This document shows, one piece after another, positions 39,901 to 54,470 of a DNA stretch of 64,000 nucleotides. Position 1 is the stretch's first letter. The number at the start of each line of letters is the position of its first letter. The stretch covers positions 22,940,001-23,004,000 of the forward strand of contig OZ024748.1 of assembly GCA_964016885.1 (NCBI GenBank), given 5' to 3'. A program made the position numbers and the translations under genes. This DNA is from Eledone cirrhosa (taxonomy: Eukaryota). The notes under the pieces are model-generated. The model did not search any database. It was not told the origin of the DNA and saw only the letters and a list, made by a program, of their open reading frames with translations.

Positions 39901-42900
39901 TTGTTACTGTTGTTACTGTTGTTACTGTTGTTACTGTTGTTATTGTTGTTACTGTTGTTACTGTTGTTACTGTTGTTACTGTTGTTATTGTTGTTACTGT
40001 TGTTACTGTTGTTACTGTTGTTACTGTTGTTACTGTTGTTATTGTTGTTACTGTTGTTACTGTTGTTATTGTTGTTACTGTTGTTATTGTTGTTACTGTT
40101 GTTATTGTCGTTACTGTTGTTATTGTTGTTAATGTTGTTACTGTTGTTACTGTTGTTACTGTTGTTACTGTTGTTATTGTTGTTACTGTTGTTACTGTTG
40201 TTACTGTTGTTACTGTTGTTACTGTTGTTACTGTTGTTACTGTTGTTATTGTTGTTATTGTTGTTACTGTTGTTACTGTTGTTACTGTTGTTACTGTTGT
40301 TACTGTTGTTATTGTTGTTATTGTTGTTACTGTTGTTACTGTTGGTACTGTTGTTACTGTTGTTACTGTTGTTACTGTTGTTACTGTTGTTACTGTTGTT
40401 ACTGTTGTTATTGTTGTTATTGTTGTTACTGTTGTTACTGTTGTTACTGTTGTTACTGTTGTTACTGTTGTTACTGTTGTTATTGTTGTTACTGTTGTTA
40501 CTGTTGTTACTGTTGTTACTGTTGTTACTGTTGTTACTGTTGTTACTGTTGTTATTGTTGTTATTGTTGTTACTGTTGTTACTGTTGTTACTGTTGTTAC
40601 TGTTGTTACTGTTGTTATTGTTGTTATTGTTGTTACTGTTGTTATTGTTGTTACTGTTGTTACTGTTGTTACTGTTGTTACTGTTGTTACTGTTGTTACT
40701 GTTGTTATTGTTGTTATTGTTGTTACTGTTGTTACTGTTGTTACTGTTGTTATTTTTCTTACTGTTGTTACTGTTGTTATTGTTGTTACTGTTGTTACTG
40801 TTGTTACTGTTGTTATTGTTGTTACTGTTGTTACTGTTATTACTGTTGTTACTGTTGTTACTGTTGTTACTGTTGTTACCGTTGTTACTGTTGTTATTGT
40901 TGTTATTGTTGTTACTGTTGTTACTGTTGTTATTGTTGTTACTGTTGTTATTGTTGTTACTATTGTTACTGTTGTTACTGTTGTTACTGTTGTTACTGTT
41001 GTTACTGTTGTTACTGTTGTTACTGTTGTTACTGTGGTTACTGTTGTTACTGTTGTTACTGTTGTTACTGTTGTCACTGTTGTTATTGTTTTTACTGTTG
41101 TTACTGTTGTTACTGTTGTTACTGTTGTTACTGTTGTTATTGTTGTTACTGTTGTTATTGTTGTAACTGTTGTTAGTGTTTTTATTGTTGTTATTTTTGT
41201 TATTTTTGTTACTGTTGTTACTGTTGTTACTGTTGTTATTGTTGCTATTTTTGTTATTGTTGTTACTGTTGTTACTGTTGTTATTGTTGTTACCGTTGTT
41301 ACTGTTGTTACTGTTGTTACTGTTGTTACTGTTGTTACTGTTGTTACTGTTGTTACTGTGGTTACTGTTGTTACTGTTGTTACTGTTGTTATTGTTGTTA
41401 CTGTTGTTATTGTTGTTATTGTTGTTACTGTTGTTATTGTTTTTACTGTTGTTACTGTTGTTACTGTTGTTACTGTTGTTATTGTTGTTACTGTGGTTAC
41501 TGTTGTTACTGTTGTCACTGTTGTTATTGTTTTTACTGTTGTTACTGTTGTTACTGTTGTTACTGTTGTTATTGTTGTTATTGCTGTTACTGTTGTTATT
41601 GTTGTTACTGTTGTTACTGTTGTTATTGTTGTTACTGTTGTTATTGTTGTTATTGTTGTTACTGTTGTTACTGTTGTTATTGTTGTTATTGCTGTTACTG
41701 TTGTTATTGTTGTTACTGTTGTTACTGTTGTTATTGTTGTTACTGTTGTTATTGTTGTTATTGTTGTTACTGTTGTTATTGTTGTTACTGTTGTTACTGT
41801 TGTTACTGTTGTTACTGTTGTTACTGTTGTTATTGTTGTTACTGTTGTTATTGTTGTTACTGTTGTTACTGTTGTTACTGTTGTTACTGTTGTTACTGTT
41901 GTTATTGTTGTTACTGTTGTTATTGTTGTTACTGTTGTTACTGTTGTTACTGTTGTTGTTGTTGTTATTGTTGTTATTGTTGTTACTGTTGTTATTGTTG
42001 TTACTGTTGTTATTGTTGTTACAGTTGTTATTGTCGTTCCTGTTGTTATTGTTGTTACTGTTGGTACTGTTGTTACTGTTGTTACTGTTGTTACTGTTGT
42101 TACTGTTGTTACTGTTGTTACTGTTGTTATTGTTGTTACTGTTGTTACTGTTGTTACTGTTATTATTGTTGTTACTGTTGTTATTGTTGTTACTGTTGTT
42201 ACTGTTGTTACTGTTTTTACTGTTGTTACTGTTGTTATTGTTGTTATTATTGTTACTGTTGTTACTGTTGTTACTCTTGTTATTGTTGTTATTGTTGTTA
42301 CTGTTGTTACCGTTGTTACTCTTGTTATTGTTGTTATTGTTGTTATTGTTGTTACTCTTGTTATTGTTGTTATTGTTGTTACTGTTGTTACTGTTGTTAT
42401 TGTTGTTACTGTTGTTACTGTTGTTACTGTTGTTATTGTTGTTATTGTTGTTACTGTTGTTACTGTTGTTACTGTTGTTATTGTTGTTACTGTTGTTACT
42501 CTTGTTATTGTTGTTATTGTTGTTACTGTTGTTACTATTGTTACTGTTGTTACTGTTGTTACTGTTGTTACTGTTGTTACTGTTGTTATTGTTGTTATTG
42601 TTGTTACTGTTGTTACTGTTGTTACTGTTGTTATTGTTGTTACTGTTGTTACTGTTGTTATTGTTGTTATTGTTGTTACTGTTGTTACTGTTGTTACTGT
42701 TGTTATTGTTGTTACTGTTGTTACTGTTGTTACTGTTGTTATTGTAGTTACTGTTGTTACTGTTGTTACTGTTGTTATTGTGGTTACTGTTGTTACTGTT
42801 GTTATTGTTGTTACTGTTGTTACTGTTGTTATTGTTGTTATTGTTGTTACTGTTGTTACTGTTGTTACTGTTGTTACTGTTGTTACTGTTGTTATTGTTG

Positions 42901-45900
42901 TTATTGTTGTTACTGTTGTTACTGTTGTTACTGTTGTTACTGTTGTTACTGTTGTTATTGTTGTTACTGTTGTTACTGTTGTTATTGTTGTTATTGTTGT
43001 TACTGTTGTTACTGTTGTTATTGTTGTTATTGTTGTTACTGTTGTTACTGTTGTTACTGTTGTTACTGTTGTTATTGTTGTTATTGTTGTTACTGTTGTT
43101 ACTGTTGCTGTTGTTATTGTTGTTACTGTTGTTATTGTTGTTACTGTTGTTATTGTTGTTACTGTTGTTACTGTTGTTACTGTTGTTACTGTTGTTATTG
43201 TTGTTATTGTTGTTACTGTTGTTATTGTTGTTACTGTTGTTACTGTTGTTATTGTTGTTACTGTTGTTATTGTTGTTATTGTTGTTACTGTTGTTAGTGT
43301 TGTTACTGTTGTTACTGTTGTTACTGTTGTTACTGTTGTTACTGTTGTTATTGTTGTTATTGTTGTTACTGTTGTTACTGTTGTTACTGTTGTTACTGTT
43401 GTTACTGTTGTTACTTTTGTTACTGTTGTTATTGTTGTTATTGTTGTTACTGTTGTTATTGTTGTTACTGTTGTTACTGTTGTTATTGTTGTTACTGTTG
43501 TTACTGTTGTTATTGTTGTTACTGTTGTTACTGTTGTTATTGTTGTTACTGTTGTTATTGTTGTTACTGTTGTTACTGTTGTTACTGTTGTTACTGTTGT
43601 TACTGTTGTTACTGTTGTTACTGTTGTTACTGTTGTTACTGTTGTTATTGTTGTTATTGTTGTTACTGTTGTTATTGTTGTTACTGTTGTTACTGTTGTT
43701 ACTGTTGTTACTGTTGTTACTGTTGTTACTGTTGTTATTGTTGTTATTGTTGTTACTGTTGTTACTGTTGTTACTGTTGTTACTGTTGTTACTGTTGTTA
43801 CTGTTGTTACTGTTGTTACTGTTGTTACTGTTGTTATTGTTGTTACTGTTGTTACTGTTGTTACTGTTGTTATTGTTGTTACTGTTGTTATTGTTGTTAC
43901 TGTTGGTACTGTTGTTATTGTTGTTACTGTTGTTACTGTTGTTATTGTTGTTATTGTTGTTACTGTTGTTACTGTTGTTACTGTTGTTATTGTTGTTACT
44001 GTTGTTACTGTTGTTACTGTTGTTACTGTTGTTACTGTCGTTACTGTCGTTACTGTTGTTACTGTTGTTACTGTTGGTACTGTTGTTATTGTTGTTACTG
44101 TTGTTACTGTTGTTACTGTTGTTATTGTTGTTACTGTTGGTATTGTTGTTACTGTTGTTACTGTTGTTATTGTTGTTATTGTTGTTACTGTTGTTACTGT
44201 TGTTATTGTTGTTACTGTTGTTATTGTTGTTACTTTTGTTATTGTTGTTACTGTTGTTACTGTTGTTACTGTTGTTACTGTTGTTATTGTTGTTACTGTT
44301 GTTATTGTGGTTATTGTTGTTATTGTTGTTACTGTTGTTATTGTTGTTACTGTTGTTATTGTTGTTATTGTTGTTACTGTTGTTACTGTTGTTACTGTTG
44401 TTATTGTTGTTACTGTTGTTACTGTTGTTACTGTTGTTATTGTTGTTATTGTTATTACTGTTGTTATTGTTGTTACTGTTGTTATTGTTGTTACTGTTAT
44501 TACTGTTGTTACTGTTGTTACTGTTGTTACTGTTGTTATTGTTGTTACTGTTGTTATTGTTGTTATTGTTGTTACTGTTGTTACTGTTGTTACTGTTGTT
44601 ATTGTTGTTATTGTTGTTACTGTTGTTACTGTTGTTACTGTTGTTATTGTTGTTACTGTTATTACTGTTGTTATTGTTGTTACTGTTGTTATTGTTGTTA
44701 CTGTTGTTATTGTTGTTATTGTTGTTACTGTTGTTACTGTTGTTACTGTTGTTATTGTTGTTACTGTTGTTACTGTTGTTATTGTTATTACTGTTGTTAC
44801 TGTTGTTACTGTTGTTACTGTTGTTACTGCTGTTATTGTTGTTACTGTTGTTATTGTTGTTACTGTTGTTACTGTTGTTACTGTTGTTACTGTTGTTACT
44901 GCTGTTATTGTTGTTACTGTTGTTATTGTTGTTACTGTTGTTACTGTTGTTACTGTTGTTACTGTTGTTACTGCTGTTATTGTTGTTACTGTTGTTACTC
45001 TTGTTATTGTTGTTACTGTTGTAACTGTTGTTACTGTTGTTATTGTTGTTACTGTTGTTACTGTTGTTACTGTTGTTATTGTTGTTATTGTTGTTACTGT
45101 TGTTACTGTTGTTACTATTGTTATTGTTGTTATTGTTGTTACTGTTGTTACTCTTGTTATTGTTGTTACTGTCGTTACTGTTGTTACTGTTGTTATTGTT
45201 GTTACTGTTGTTATTGTTGTTACTGTTGTTACTGTTGTTACTGTTTTACTGTTGTTACTGTTGTTACTGTTGTTACTGTTGTTATTGTTGTGACTGTTGT
45301 TACTGTTGTTACTGTTGTTATTGTTGTTACTGTTGTTATTGTTGTGACTGTTGTTACTGTTGTTACTGTTGTTATTGTTGTTACTGTTGTTACTGTTGTT
45401 ACTGTTGTCATTGTTGTGACTGTTGTTACTGTTGTTATTGTTGTTACTGTTGTTACTGTTGTTACTGTTGTTACTGTTGTTATTGTTGTTACTGTTGTTA
45501 TTGTTGTTGCTGTTGTTATTGTTGTGACTGTTGTTACTGTTGTTACTGTTGTTATTGTTGTGACTGTTGTTACTGTTGTTACTGTTGTTATTGTTGTGAC
45601 TGTTGTTACTGTTGTTACTGTTGTTATTGTTGTTACTGTTGTTATTGTTGTGACTGTTGTTACTGTTGTTACTGTTGTTATTGTTGTTACTGTTGTTACT
45701 GTTGTTACTGTTGTTATTGTTGTGACTGTTGTTACTGTTGTTATTGTTGTTACTGTTGTTACTGTTGTTACTGTTGTTACTGTTGTTATTGTTGTTACTG
45801 TTGTTATTGTTGTTACTGTTGTTAATGTTGTGACTGTTGTTACTGTTGTTACTGTTGTTATTGTTGTGACTGTTGTTACTGTTGTTACTGTTGTTATTGT

Positions 45901-48900
45901 TGTGACTGTTGTTACTGTTGTTACTGTTGTTATTGTTGTTACTGTTGTTATTGTTGTTACTGTTGTTACTGTTATTACTGTTGTTACTGTTGTTATTGTT
46001 GTTATTGTTGTTACTGTTGTTATTGTTGTGACTGTTGTTACTGTTGTTACTGTTGTTACTGTTGTTATTGTTGTTATTGTTGTTACAGTTGTTATTGTTG
46101 TTACTGTTGTTACTGTTGTTATTGTTGTTATTGTTGTTACTGTTGTTACTGTTGTTATTGTTGTTACTGTTGTTATTGTTGTTACTGTTGTCACTGTTGT
46201 TACTGTTGTTATTGTCGTTACTGTTGTTATTGTTGTTACTCTTGTTACTGTTGTTACTGTTGTTACTGTTGTTACTGTTGTTATTGTTGTTATTGTTGTT
46301 ACAGTTGTTATTGTTGTTACTGTTGTTACTGTTGTTATTGTTGTTATTGTTGTTATTGTTGTTACTGTTGTTACTGTTGTTATTGTTGTTACTGTCGTTA
46401 CTGTTGTTACTGTTGTTACTATTGTTATTGTTGTTACTGTTGTTATTGTTGTTATTGTTGTTACTGTTGTTACTGTTGTTATTGTTGTTATTGTTGTTAC
46501 TGTTGTTACTGTTGTTATTGTTGTTACTGTCGTTACTGTTGTTACTGTTGTTACTGTTGTTACTGTTGGTACTGTTGTTATTGTTGTTACTGTTGTTACT
46601 GTTGTTATTGTTGTTACTGTTGTTACTGTTGTTACTGTTGTTTTTGTTGTTACTGTTGTTATTGTTGTTACTGTTGTTACTGTTGTTACTGTTTTTACTG
46701 TTGTTACTGTTGTTATTGTTGTTATTATTGTTACTGTTGTTACTGTTGTTACTCTTGTTATTGTTGTTACTGTTGTTACTCTTGTTATTGTTGTTACTGT
46801 TGTTATTGTTGTTACTGTTGTTACTCTTGTTATTGTTGTTACTGTTGTTACTGTTGTTATTGTTGTTACTGTTGTTATTGTTGTTACTGTTGTTAGTCTT
46901 GTTATTGTTGTTACAGTTTTTACTGTTGTTATTGATGTTACTGTTGTTACTCTTGTTATTGTTGTTACTGTTGTTACTGTTGTTATTTTTGTTACTGTTG
47001 TTATTGTTGTTACTGTTGTTATTGTTGTTACTGTTGTTACTGTTGTTACTGTTGTTATTGTTGTTATTATTGTTACTGTTGTTACAGTTGTTACTGTTGT
47101 TAGTCTTGTTATTGTTGTTACTATTGTTACTGTTGTTATTGTTGTTACTGTTGTTACTGTTGTTATTGTTGTTACTGTTGTTATTGTTGTTACTGTTGTT
47201 ATTGTTGTTACTTTTGTTATTGTTGTTACTGTTGTTAGTCTTGTTATTGTTGTTACTATTGTTACTGTTGTTATTGTTGTTACTGTTGTTATTGTTGTTA
47301 CTGTTGTTACTGTTGTTATTGTTGTTACTGTTGTTATTGTTGTTACTATTGTTACTGTTGTTATTGTTGTTACTGTTGTTATTGTTGTTACTGTTGTTAC
47401 TGTTGTTACTGTTGTTATTGTTGTTATTATTGTTACTGTTGTTACAGTTGTTACTGTTGTTACTGTTGTTACTCTTGTTATTGTTGTTATTGTTGTTACT
47501 GTTGTTACTGTTGTTACTCTTGTTATTGTTGTTACTCTTGTTACTGTTGTTACTGTTGTTACTGTTGTTATTGTTGTTATTATTGTTACTGTTGTTACAG
47601 TTGTTACTGTTGTTACTCTTGTTATTGTTGTTATTGTTGTTACTGTTGTTACTGTTGTTAGTCTTGTTATTGTTGTTACTATTGTTATTGTTGTTACTGT
47701 TGTTACTGTTGTTACTGTTGTTACTGTTGTTATTGTTGTTACTGTTGTTATTGTTGTTATTGTTGTCATTATTGTTACTGTTGTTAATGTTGTTATTGTT
47801 GTTATTGTTGTTACTGTTGTTATTGTTGTTACTGTTGTTGTTGTTGTTACTGTTGTTATTGTTGTTATTGTTGTTATTGTTGTTACTGTTGTTATTGTTG
47901 TTACTGTTGTTATTGTTGTTACTCTTGTTACTGTTGTTACTGTTGTTAATGTTGTTACTGTTGTTATTTTTGTTACTGTTGTTATTGTTGTTACTGTTGT
48001 TACTGTTGTTACTGTTGTTATTGTTGTTATTGTTGTTACTCTTGTTACTGTTGTTACTGTTGTTATTGTTGTTATTTTTGTTACTGTTGTTATTGTTGTT
48101 ACTGTTGTTACTGTTGTTACTGTTGTTATTGTTGTTACTGTTGTTATTGTTGTTATTGTTGTTATTATTGTTACTGTTGTTATTGTTGTTACTGTTGTTA
48201 TTGCTGTTGTTGTTGTTATTGTTGTTATTGTTGTTATTGTTGTTACTGTTGTTACTCTTGTTATTGTTGTTATTGTTGTTACTGTTGTTATTGTTGTTAC
48301 TGTTGTTATTGTTGTTACTGTTGTTACTGTTGTTATTGCTGTTGTTGTTGTTATTGTTGTTATTGTTGTTATTGTTGTTACTGTTGTTACTCTTGTTATT
48401 GTTGTTATTGTTGTTACTGTTGTTACTGTTGTTATTGTTGTTACTGTTGTTATTGTTGTTACTGTTGTTACTGTTGTTATTGTTGTTACTGTTGTTATTG
48501 TTGTTACTGTTGTTACTGTTGTTATTGTTGTTACTGTTGTTACTGTTGTTATTGTTGTTACTGTTGTTACTGTTGTTACTGTTGTTATTGCTGTTATTGC
48601 TGTTGTTGTTGTTATTGTTGTTATTGTTGTTACTGTTGTTACTGTTGTTACTGTTGTTACTGTTGTTATTGTTGTTATTGTTGTTACTGTTGTTATTGTT
48701 GTTACTGTTGTTACTGTTGTTACTGTTGTTACTGTTGTTACTGTTGTTATTGTTGTTATTGTTGTTACTGTTGTTACTGTTGTTACTGTTGTTACTGTTG
48801 TTACTGTTGTTACTGTTGTTACTGTTGTTACTGTTGTTACTGTTGTTACTGTTGTTATTGTTGTTACTGTTGTTACTGTTGTTACTGTTGTTATTGTTGT

Positions 48901-51900
48901 TACTGTTGTTATTGTTGTTACTGTTGGTACTGTTGTTATTGTTGTTACTGTTGTTACTGTTGTTATTGTTGTTATTGTTGTTACTGTTGTTACTGTTGTT
49001 ACTGTTGTTATTGTTGTTACTGTTGTTACTGTTGTTACTGTTGTTACTGTTGTTACTGTCGTTACTGTCGTTACTGTTGTTACTGTTGTTACTGTTGGTA
49101 CTGTTGTTATTGTTGTTACTGTTGTTACTGTTGTTACTGTTGTTATTGTTGTTACTGTTGGTATTGTTGTTACTGTTGTTACTGTTGTTATTGTTGTTAT
49201 TGTTGTTACTGTTGTTACTGTTGTTATTGTTGTTACTGTTGTTATTGTTGTTACTTTTGTTATTGTTGTTACTGTTGTTACTGTTGTTACTGTTGTTACT
49301 GTTGTTATTGTTGTTACTGTTGTTATTGTGGTTATTGTTGTTATTGTTGTTACTGTTGTTATTGTTGTTACTGTTGTTATTGTTGTTATTGTTGTTACTG
49401 TTGTTACTGTTGTTACTGTTGTTATTGTTGTTACTGTTGTTACTGTTGTTACTGTTGTTACTGTTGTTATTGTTGTTACTGTTGTTATTGTTGTTACTGT
49501 TGTTATTGTTGTTATTGTTGTTACTGTTGTTACTGTTGTTACTGTTGTTATTGTTGTTATTGTTGTTACTGTTGTTACTGTTGTTACTGTTGTTATTGTT
49601 GTTACTGTTATTACTGTTGTTATTGTTGTTACTGTTGTTATTGTTGTTACTGTTGTTATTGTTGTTATTGTTGTTACTGTTGTTACTGTTGTTACTGTTG
49701 TTATTGTTGTTACTGTTGTTACTGTTGTTATTGTTATTACTGTTGTTACTGTTGTTACTGTTGTTACTGTTGTTACTGCTGTTATTGTTGTTACTGTTGT
49801 TATTGTTGTTACTGTTGTTACTGTTGTTACTGTTGTTACTGCTGTTATTGTTGTTACTGTTGTTATTGTTGTTACTGTTGTTACTGTTGTTATTGTTGTG
49901 ACTGTTGTTACTGTTGTTACTGTTGTTATTGTTGTTACTGTTGTTATTGTTGTGACTGTTGTTACTGTTGTTACTGTTGTTATTGTTGTTACTGTTGTTA
50001 CTGTTGTTACTGTTGTTATTGTTGTGACTGTTGTTACTGTTGTTATTGTTGTTACTGTTGTTACTGTTGTTACTGTTGTTACTGTTGTTATTGTTGTTAC
50101 TGTTGTTATTGTTGTTACTGTTGTTATTGTTGTGACTGTTGTTACTGTTGTTACTGTTGTTATTGTTGTGACTGTTGTTACTGTTGTTACTGTTGTTATT
50201 GTTGTGACTGTTGTTACTGTTGTTACTGTTGTTATTGTTGTTACTGTTGTTATTGTTGTTACTGTTGTTACTGTTATTACTGTTGTTACTGTTGTTATTG
50301 TTGTTATTGTTGTTACTGTTGTTATTGTTGTGACTGTTGTTACTGTTGTTACTGTTGTTACTGTTGTTATTGTTGTTATTGTTGTTACAGTTGTTATTGT
50401 TGTTACTGTTGTTACTGTTGTTATTGTTGTTATTGTTGTTACTGTTGTTACTGTTGTTATTGTTGTTACTGTTGTTATTGTTGTTACTGTTGTCACTGTT
50501 GTTACTGTTGTTATTGTTGTTACAGTTGTTATTGTTGTTACTCTTGTTACTGTTGTTACTGTTGTTACTGTTGTTACTGTTGTTATTGTTGTTATTGTTG
50601 TTACAGTTGTTATTGTTGTTACTGTTGTTACTGTTGTTATTGTTGTTATTGTTGTTATTGTTGTTACTGTTGTTACTGTTGTTATTGTTGTTACTGTCGT
50701 TACTGTTGTTACTGTTGTTACTATTGTTATTGTTGTTACTGTTGTTATTGTTGTTATTGTTGTTACTGTTGTTACTGTTGTTATTGTTGTTATTGTTGTT
50801 ACTGTTGTTACTGTTGTTATTGTTGTTACTGTCGTTACTGTTGTTACTGTTGTTACTGTTGTTACTGTTGGTACTGTTGTTATTGTTGTTACTGTTGTTA
50901 CTGATGTTATTGTTGTTACTGTTGTTACTGTTGTTACTGTTGTTATTGTTGTTACTGTTGTTATTGTTGTTACTGTTGTTACTGTTGTTACTGTTTTTAC
51001 TGTTGTTACTGTTGTTATTGTTGTTATTATTGTTACTGTTGTTACTGTTGTTACTCTTGTTATTGTTGTTACTGTTGTTACTCTTGTTATTGTTGTTACT
51101 GTTGTTATTGTTGTTACTGTTGTTACTCTTGTTATTGTTGTTACTGTTGTTACTGTTGTTATTGTTGTTACTGTTGTTATTGTTGTTACTGTTGTTAGTC
51201 TTGTTATTGTTGTTACTGTTTTTACTGTTGTTATTGATGTTACTGTTGTTACTCTTGTTATTGTTGTTACTGTTGTTACTGTTGTTATTTTTGTTACTGT
51301 TGTTATTGTTGTTACTGTTGTTATTGTTGTTACTGTTGTTACTGTTGTTACTGTTGTTATTGTTGTTATTATTGTTACTGTTGTTACAGTTGTTACTGTT
51401 GTTAGTCTTGTTATTGTTGTTACTATTGTTACTGTTGTTATTGTTGTTACTGTTGTTACTGTTGTTATTGTTGTTACTGTTGTTATTGTTGTTACTGTTG
51501 TTATTGTTGTTACTGTTGTTATTGTTGTTACTGTTGTTAGTCTTGTTATTGTTGTTACTATTGTTACTGTTGTTATTGTTGTTACTGTTGTTATTGTTGT
51601 TACTGTTGTTACTGTTGTTATTGTTGTTACTGTTGTTATTGTTGTTACTATTGTTACTGTTGTTATTGTTGTTACTGTTGTTATTGTTGTTACTGTTGTT
51701 ACTGTTGTTACTGTTGTTATTGTTGTTATTATTGTTACTGTTGTTACAGTTGTTACTGTTGTTACTGTTGTTACTCTTGTTATTGTTGTTATTGTTGTTA
51801 CTGTTGTTACTGTTGTTACTCTTGTTATTGTTGTTTCTCTTGTTACTGTTGTTACTGTTGTTACTGTTGTTATTGTTGTTATTATTGTTACTGTTGTTAC

Positions 51901-53650
51901 AGTTGTTACTGTTGTTACTCTTGTTATTGTTGTTATTGTTGTTACTGTTGTTACTGTTGTTAGTCTTGTTATTGTTGTTACTATTGTTATTGTTGTTACT
52001 GTTGTTACTGTTGTTACTGTTGTTACTGTTGTTATTGTTGTTACTGTTGTTATTGTTGTTATTGTTGTCATTATTGTTACTGTTGTTAATGTTGTTATTG
52101 TTGTTATTGTTGTTACTGTTGTTATTGTTGTTACTGTTGTTGTTGTTGTTACTGTTGTTATTGTTGTTATTGTTGTTATTGTTGTTACTGTTGTTATTGT
52201 TGTTACTGTTGTTATTGTTGTTACTCTTGTTACTGTTGTTACTGTTGTTAATGTTGTTACTGTTGTTATTTTTGTTACTGTTGTTATTGTTGTTACTGTT
52301 GTTACTGTTGTTACTGTTGTTATTGTTGTTATTGTTGTTACTCTTGTTACTGTTGTTACTGTTGTTATTGTTGTTATTTTTGTTACTGTTGTTATTGTTG
52401 TTACTGTTGTTACTGTTGTTACTGTTGTTATTGTTGTTACTGTTGTTATTGTTGTTATTGTTGTTATTATTGTTACTGTTGTTATTGTTGTTACTGTTGT
52501 TATTGCTGTTGTTGTTGTTATTGTTGTTATTGTTGTTATTGTTGTTACTGTTGTTACTCTTGTTATTGTTGTTATTGTTGTTACTGTTGTTATTGTTGTT
52601 ACTGTTGTTATTGTTGTTACTGTTGTTACTGTTGTTATTGCTGTTGTTGTTGTTATTGTTGTTATTGTTGTTATTGTTGTTACTGTTGTTACTCTTGTTA
52701 TTGTTGTTATTGTTGTTACTGTTGTTACTGTTGTTATTGTTGTTACTGTTGTTATTGTTGTTACTGTTGTTACTGTTGTTATTGTTGTTACTGTTGTTAT
52801 TGTTGTTACTGTTGTTACTGTTGTTATTGTTGTTACTGTTGTTACTGTTGTTATTGTTGTTACTGTTGTTACTGTTGTTACTGTTGTTATTGCTGTTATT
52901 GCTGTTGTTGTTGTTATTGTTGTTATTGTTGTTATTGTTGTTACTGTTGTTATTGTTGTTACTGTTGTTATTGTTGTTACTGTTGTTACTGTTGTTATTG
53001 CTGTTGTTGTTGTTACTGTTGTTACTGTTGTTATTGTTGTTATTGTTGTTACTGTTGTTACTGTTGTTATTGTAGTTACTGTTGTTATTGTTGCTACTGT
53101 TGTTACTGTTGTTATTGCTGTTGTTGTTGTTATTGTTGTTATTGTTGTTATTGTTGTTACTGTTGTTACTCTTGTTATTGTTGTTATTGTTGTTACTGTT
53201 GTTACTGTTGTTATTGTTGTTACTGTTGTTATTGTTGTTACTGTTGTTACTGTTGTTATTGTTGTTACTGTTGTTATTGTTGTTACTGTTGTTACTGTTG
53301 TTATTGTTGTTACTGTTGTTATTGTTGTTACTGTTGTTACTGTTGTTATTGCTGTTGTTGTTGTTATTGTTGTTATTGTTGTTATTGTTGTTACTGTTGT
53401 TACTGTTGTTATTGTTGTTATTGTTGTTACTGTTGTTACTGTTGTTACTGTTGTTACTGTTGTTACTGTTGTTATTGTTGTTACTGTTGTTATAGTTGTT
53501 ATTGTTGTTACTGTTGTTACTCTTGTTATTGTTGTTACTGTTGTTATTGCTGTTATTACTGTTGTTGTTGTTATTGTTGTTATTGTTGTTATTGTTGTTA
53601 CTGTTGTTACTGTTGTTATTGCTGTTGTTGTTGTTATTGTTGTTATTGTT
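6901..53650. repeat. ~46.7-kb satellite of 9-bp unit GTTGTTAYT (about 5,200 units by length), derived from (GTT)n
   Basis: Continuous gttgttact/gttgttatt units with sparse point variants and no unique-sequence interruption seen. Confidence 0.98.
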
Positions 53651-53680
53651 CTTGAAGTTGATTGTTCTATATTTCTTGTT

Positions 53681-54433
53681 GTTTCGTACAGCCATTCTAG
53701 TAATTTCTTTTGTTGTTGTTGTTGTTGCTTAGTACATCTGTTGTTGTTGTTGTTGTTGTTGCTTCGTACATCCGTTGTCGTTGTTGTTTCGTACATCTGT
53801 TGTTGTTGTTATTGTTGCTTCTTATATCTGTTGTTGTTGTTGCTTCGTACATCTGTTGTTCTTGTTGTTGTTGTTGTCGTTGCTTCGTACATCTGTTGTT
53901 GTTGTTGCTTCGTACATCTGTTGTTGTTGGTTTTGCTTCGTACATCTGTTGTTGTTGTTGTTGTTGATTCGTACATCTGTAGTCGTTGTTGCTTCGTACA
54001 TCTGTTGTTGTTGTTGTTGTTGCTTCGTACATCTTTTTCGTTCTTTATGTTGCTTCGTACATCTGTTGTTGTTGTTGTTGCTTCGTTCATCTGTTGTTGT
54101 TGCTTCGTAAATCTGTTGTTGTTGCTTCGTACATCTGTTGTTGTCGGTGTTGCTTCATACATCTGTTGTTGTTGTTTTTGTTTCGTACATCTGTTGTTGT
54201 TGCTTCGTTCATCTGTTGTCGTTATTGTTGTTGTTTCGTACATCTGTTGTTGTTGTTTTTGTTTCGTACATCTGTTGTTGTTGTTGCTTCGTTTATCTGT
54301 TGTTGTTGTTGCTTTGTATATATGCTGTTGTTGTTGCTTCGTACATCTGTTGTTGTTGTTTTTGTTGCTTCGTACATCTGTTGTTGTCGTTGTTGCTTCA
54401 TACATCTGTTGTTGTCGTTGTTGCTTCATAATC

Positions 54434-54470
<37 letters not shown>

